Below are positions 48,735 through 50,831 of a stretch of 50,831 nucleotides of DNA, piece after piece (positions within the stretch are counted from its first letter, which is position 1; each line of letters starts with the position of its first letter). Source of the stretch: an uncultured Bacteroidaceae bacterium. GTDB taxonomy: Bacteria > Bacteroidota > Bacteroidia > Bacteroidales > GCA-2748055. Both the position numbers and the translations under genes were made by a program. The stretch covers positions 1 to 50,831 of the forward strand of contig CAZQOV010000002.1 in the NCBI GenBank assembly GCA_964595055.1. Direction: 5' to 3'. Below the pieces are notes generated by a model, which saw only the letters and a list, made by a program, of their open reading frames with translations, was not told where the DNA came from and ran no database searches.

Positions 48735-50147
48735 TCATTTAGAAGCACAAGAATACTTGATTACCAGTTTAGGCCGCATGTTTTCCCTGGGATAATCACT
48801 TGAGGCGAACTTCAGGCCCCCGGGAAAGGGGTTTTCTTCATCGGCATGCATGAAAATGAATCCATGATTTGGGGCGGCAATCTCCTGAACGGGAACAAAA
48901 AGAGAAGTTATGTCATATACTCTCTGATTTGAACTTAATTCGGGATGTCTTTCAACGATTACCTGATTGGCTTCTATGCTTTTGGGTTGATTATCCCATG
49001 TTACCTCATCTTCATTCCAGGGTTCAACGATTTGTCGAAAAACCAGTTTTTTGCCATTCGGGTCAATGTGTTCCGGAGAAGTTTTATGGAGACTGTCCCA
49101 AACAAAAGTATCGAAGTGTAAAATCAGTTTTACACTTTCAATCTTAGCTGATTTTGGCAGATCCGACAAATCAAACTCAATCAGGCTTCTTTTTGTTCTC
49201 ATTACAGTAAGGGGCGATTCTGTAAGAAAACTTGCTTCGAAATAGTGATAATCGCCAAAGTTGTCCAAAGGATCAAGATCTGTAACCATAGCATCTTTGC
49301 CTTCTTCGGGTCCCGGTTGGATAATCACCCGTTCCAGCGTATCCTTGGACAATTTGAAGATATAAGGATCATCCGGGGTGGTATTTTTGAATACTTTCAT
49401 TCGAATGTCTCTATCAATGGAGGGATAGCCTGGTTTTTCGACAATCACATGGAGGATTTTATAACCCGGTTTTAAAAGGATTCTGTTGATTTTAGGTTTT
49501 AGCCCGTATTTAACAATTTGACCATCCGGGGTAAAAACCGTCATTTGGGCCGAAACCATCGAAGAAGGAGAAAGATTGATTGGATTATCGGCAATAACGC
49601 CAACATAGGCGATTACCGGTCGGACAATATCAAACCCAAAACTTGCATAACCAAAGTCATCCGGGTAAGCATTATGAGTTGGTAATACCTGAGGAATTAT
49701 CCGCGTTGTTTCTCCAGGCCTTATGATGAATGACACTGGTAAGGAATCATCAACAAGAAAAGCTTTGGGTGACCCCCCCCGGGGGGCCGCATAAACAATT
49801 TCCCCTTCAGGACCGATTACCAAAAACTTGGTAAGATCAAAATTTCCTGCAGCCATTTCTATTTTACCTGTGATATAACCGTTTCCGAAAACCAGTAAAG
49901 GAATAATTTCATCTTCCATGACAAATTCCCCTTTATCATTTTTTATGGATAACTGTATATGCCATGAATGATGAATATTGCTTGAATCTTTCGATTCTGG
50001 TGAATCAGATTTGTGCGTTTCCCTGGTCAGGTCTAAAGCAAATTCTATTTTGCCTTTTTGCACACTTTCGGTTTTTTCACATGAACTCCATAGCAGCACA
50101 CAAGCGAAAAAAATACCAAAAGAAAGAAATCTTGTTACTGTTTTCAT
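48735..50147 (-). CDS. Lipoprotein with a C-terminal DNRLRE-type domain
   Basis: 470 aa with signal and lipobox LLWSSC. The C-terminal third has RSLIEFDLSDLPKSAKIESVKLILHF and VEPWNEDEVTWDNQP, the hallmark pattern of DNRLRE domains. It contains a C8G6 tract at 49773-49786. Confidence 0.6.
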   Translation of the reverse strand: MKTVTRFLSFGIFFACVLLWSSCEKTESVQKGKIEFALDLTRETHKSDSPESKDSSNIHHSWHIQLSIKNDKGEFVMEDEIIPLLVFGNGYITGKIEMAAGNFDLTKFLVIGPEGEIVYAAPRGGSPKAFLVDDSLPVSFIIRPGETTRIIPQVLPTHNAYPDDFGYASFGFDIVRPVIAYVGVIADNPINLSPSSMVSAQMTVFTPDGQIVKYGLKPKINRILLKPGYKILHVIVEKPGYPSIDRDIRMKVFKNTTPDDPYIFKLSKDTLERVIIQPGPEEGKDAMVTDLDPLDNFGDYHYFEASFLTESPLTVMRTKRSLIEFDLSDLPKSAKIESVKLILHFDTFVWDSLHKTSPEHIDPNGKKLVFRQIVEPWNEDEVTWDNQPKSIEANQVIVERHPELSSNQRVYDITSLFVPVQEIAAPNHGFIFMHADEENPFPGGLKFASSDYPRENMRPKLVIKYSCASK

Positions 50148-50220
50148 GGTCTCTGATTTTAGTTAATAAAGTTAATAAAACATCCTGCCAATGTCAAGAT
50201 GTAAATTTCTCAATAAGGGT

Positions 50221-50300
50221 TGCGGGGGGGTGGGAAACAAAGGACAGGCAATAGAGCTGGGAAAACAGGACAGGGAAGTTGTACTTGAGGCAGATGTATG
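50221..50300. repeat. G-rich box with a direct repeat, possible degenerate copy R4 of the dispersed element
   Basis: GCGGGGGGGTGGGAAACAAAGGACAGG and TGGGAAAACAGGACAGGG form a direct repeat. GAAGTTGTACTTGAGGCAG follows. Compare the R2 G-box GAGTGGGGGATGGAGG...GAAGTTATGCAGTTGTGCGG. Confidence 0.3.
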
Positions 50301-50449
50301 AATCATGGCTTAGAAGGAATTTCTCAAAGAATCGGTTTTCAAAACTTATTAACATGCCTGTTATATAATTTTAAAAAAGTGTAATTTTAAATCCTCGGAA
50401 GTTTTTAACAAACAATTTTGATAATCAGCTAGATAGAACCTATTTTTTT

Positions 50450-50831
50450 GTGGATTGGTATTTAATATTTGATACAGAAACAACTGGCTTGCCCTTGCGG
50501 GATAATGCACCGATTGAAGAACTGGACAATTGGCCCCGCCTGGTTCAATTGGCCTGGCAGATACATGACGTAAAGGGTAAATTCCTAGAAGCCAGAAATT
50601 ACATCATTAAACCGGATAATTTTATTATACCCTATAACGCGCAGAAGGTTCATGGCATTTCAACGGAGAAAGCAAATGATGAAGGTGTTGAGATTCATTC
50701 TGTACTGAACAGGTTTTCCCGTGACCTGGAAAGAACACGAATAATTGCGGGACATACTATTGAGGTTGACCTGAAGATACTGGCGGCTGAATTTTTGCGG
50801 GCGGGAAGGGATAATCCTTTGCAGAAAATAC
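50450..50831 (+). CDS. DnaQ-like 3'-5' exonuclease domain protein (DEDDh), 5' partial, running off the window
   Basis: The frame is open from 50375 to the window end and has no ATG. GTG at 50450 gives (M)DWYLIFDTETTGLP, the Exo I motif. An Exo II-like IIAGHTIEVDLKIL follows. The gene is absent from the ORF track because no stop falls in the window. Confidence 0.75.
   Translation, partial: MDWYLIFDTETTGLPLRDNAPIEELDNWPRLVQLAWQIHDVKGKFLEARNYIIKPDNFIIPYNAQKVHGISTEKANDEGVEIHSVLNRFSRDLERTRIIAGHTIEVDLKILAAEFLRAGRDNPLQKI

Overview
This 50.8-kb segment looks like a Bacteroidota (Bacteroidia-like) chromosome and is mostly housekeeping. Supporting signs are a V-type ATPase operon with the Bacteroidota gene order (E, DUF2764-like, A, B, D, I, K), TAnnTTTG-type -7 promoter boxes, no obvious Shine-Dalgarno sites, a CarboxypepD_reg-type outer-membrane barrel, and a T9SS C-terminal sorting-domain relic. 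Confidently recognised genes are: split transketolase, arylsulfatase, MBL-fold hydrolase, the seven-gene V-ATPase operon, a HisKA_3 kinase with a LuxR-type response regulator, mpl, mutA/mutB, fumC, an ArsC-family protein, an MFS transporter, purine nucleoside phosphorylase, lpxK, sppA, folK, rpsT, radC, and a partial DnaQ-like exonuclease gene at the right edge. I saw no rRNA, tRNA, CRISPR array, transposase or integrase. The most interesting region is 29.4-36.6 kb, a divergently transcribed six-gene envelope locus. It encodes two paralogous secreted small proteins, a 997-aa outer-membrane protein built as Ig-like modules, a barrel-like core and two C-terminal beta-sandwiches, a periplasmic two-domain beta-sandwich protein, a MORN-repeat protein and a small lipoprotein. 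This parts list resembles a chaperone-usher system, but I cannot assign it to any named pilus or secretion family. Other oddities: a 16-unit heptanucleotide array that supplies a stop codon and sits upstream of mpl; a dispersed family of G-box plus (GCAGTTNT)n elements, two of them flanking ~170-bp segments as inverted repeats; a passenger-less T9SS sorting domain; a C8G6 tract inside a lipoprotein gene; and a complete Na+-binding signature in the V-ATPase K subunit. All family assignments come from reading motifs by eye. No database search was run. The ORF track uses TTG and GTG as well as ATG starts, so several starts were moved to internal ATGs.
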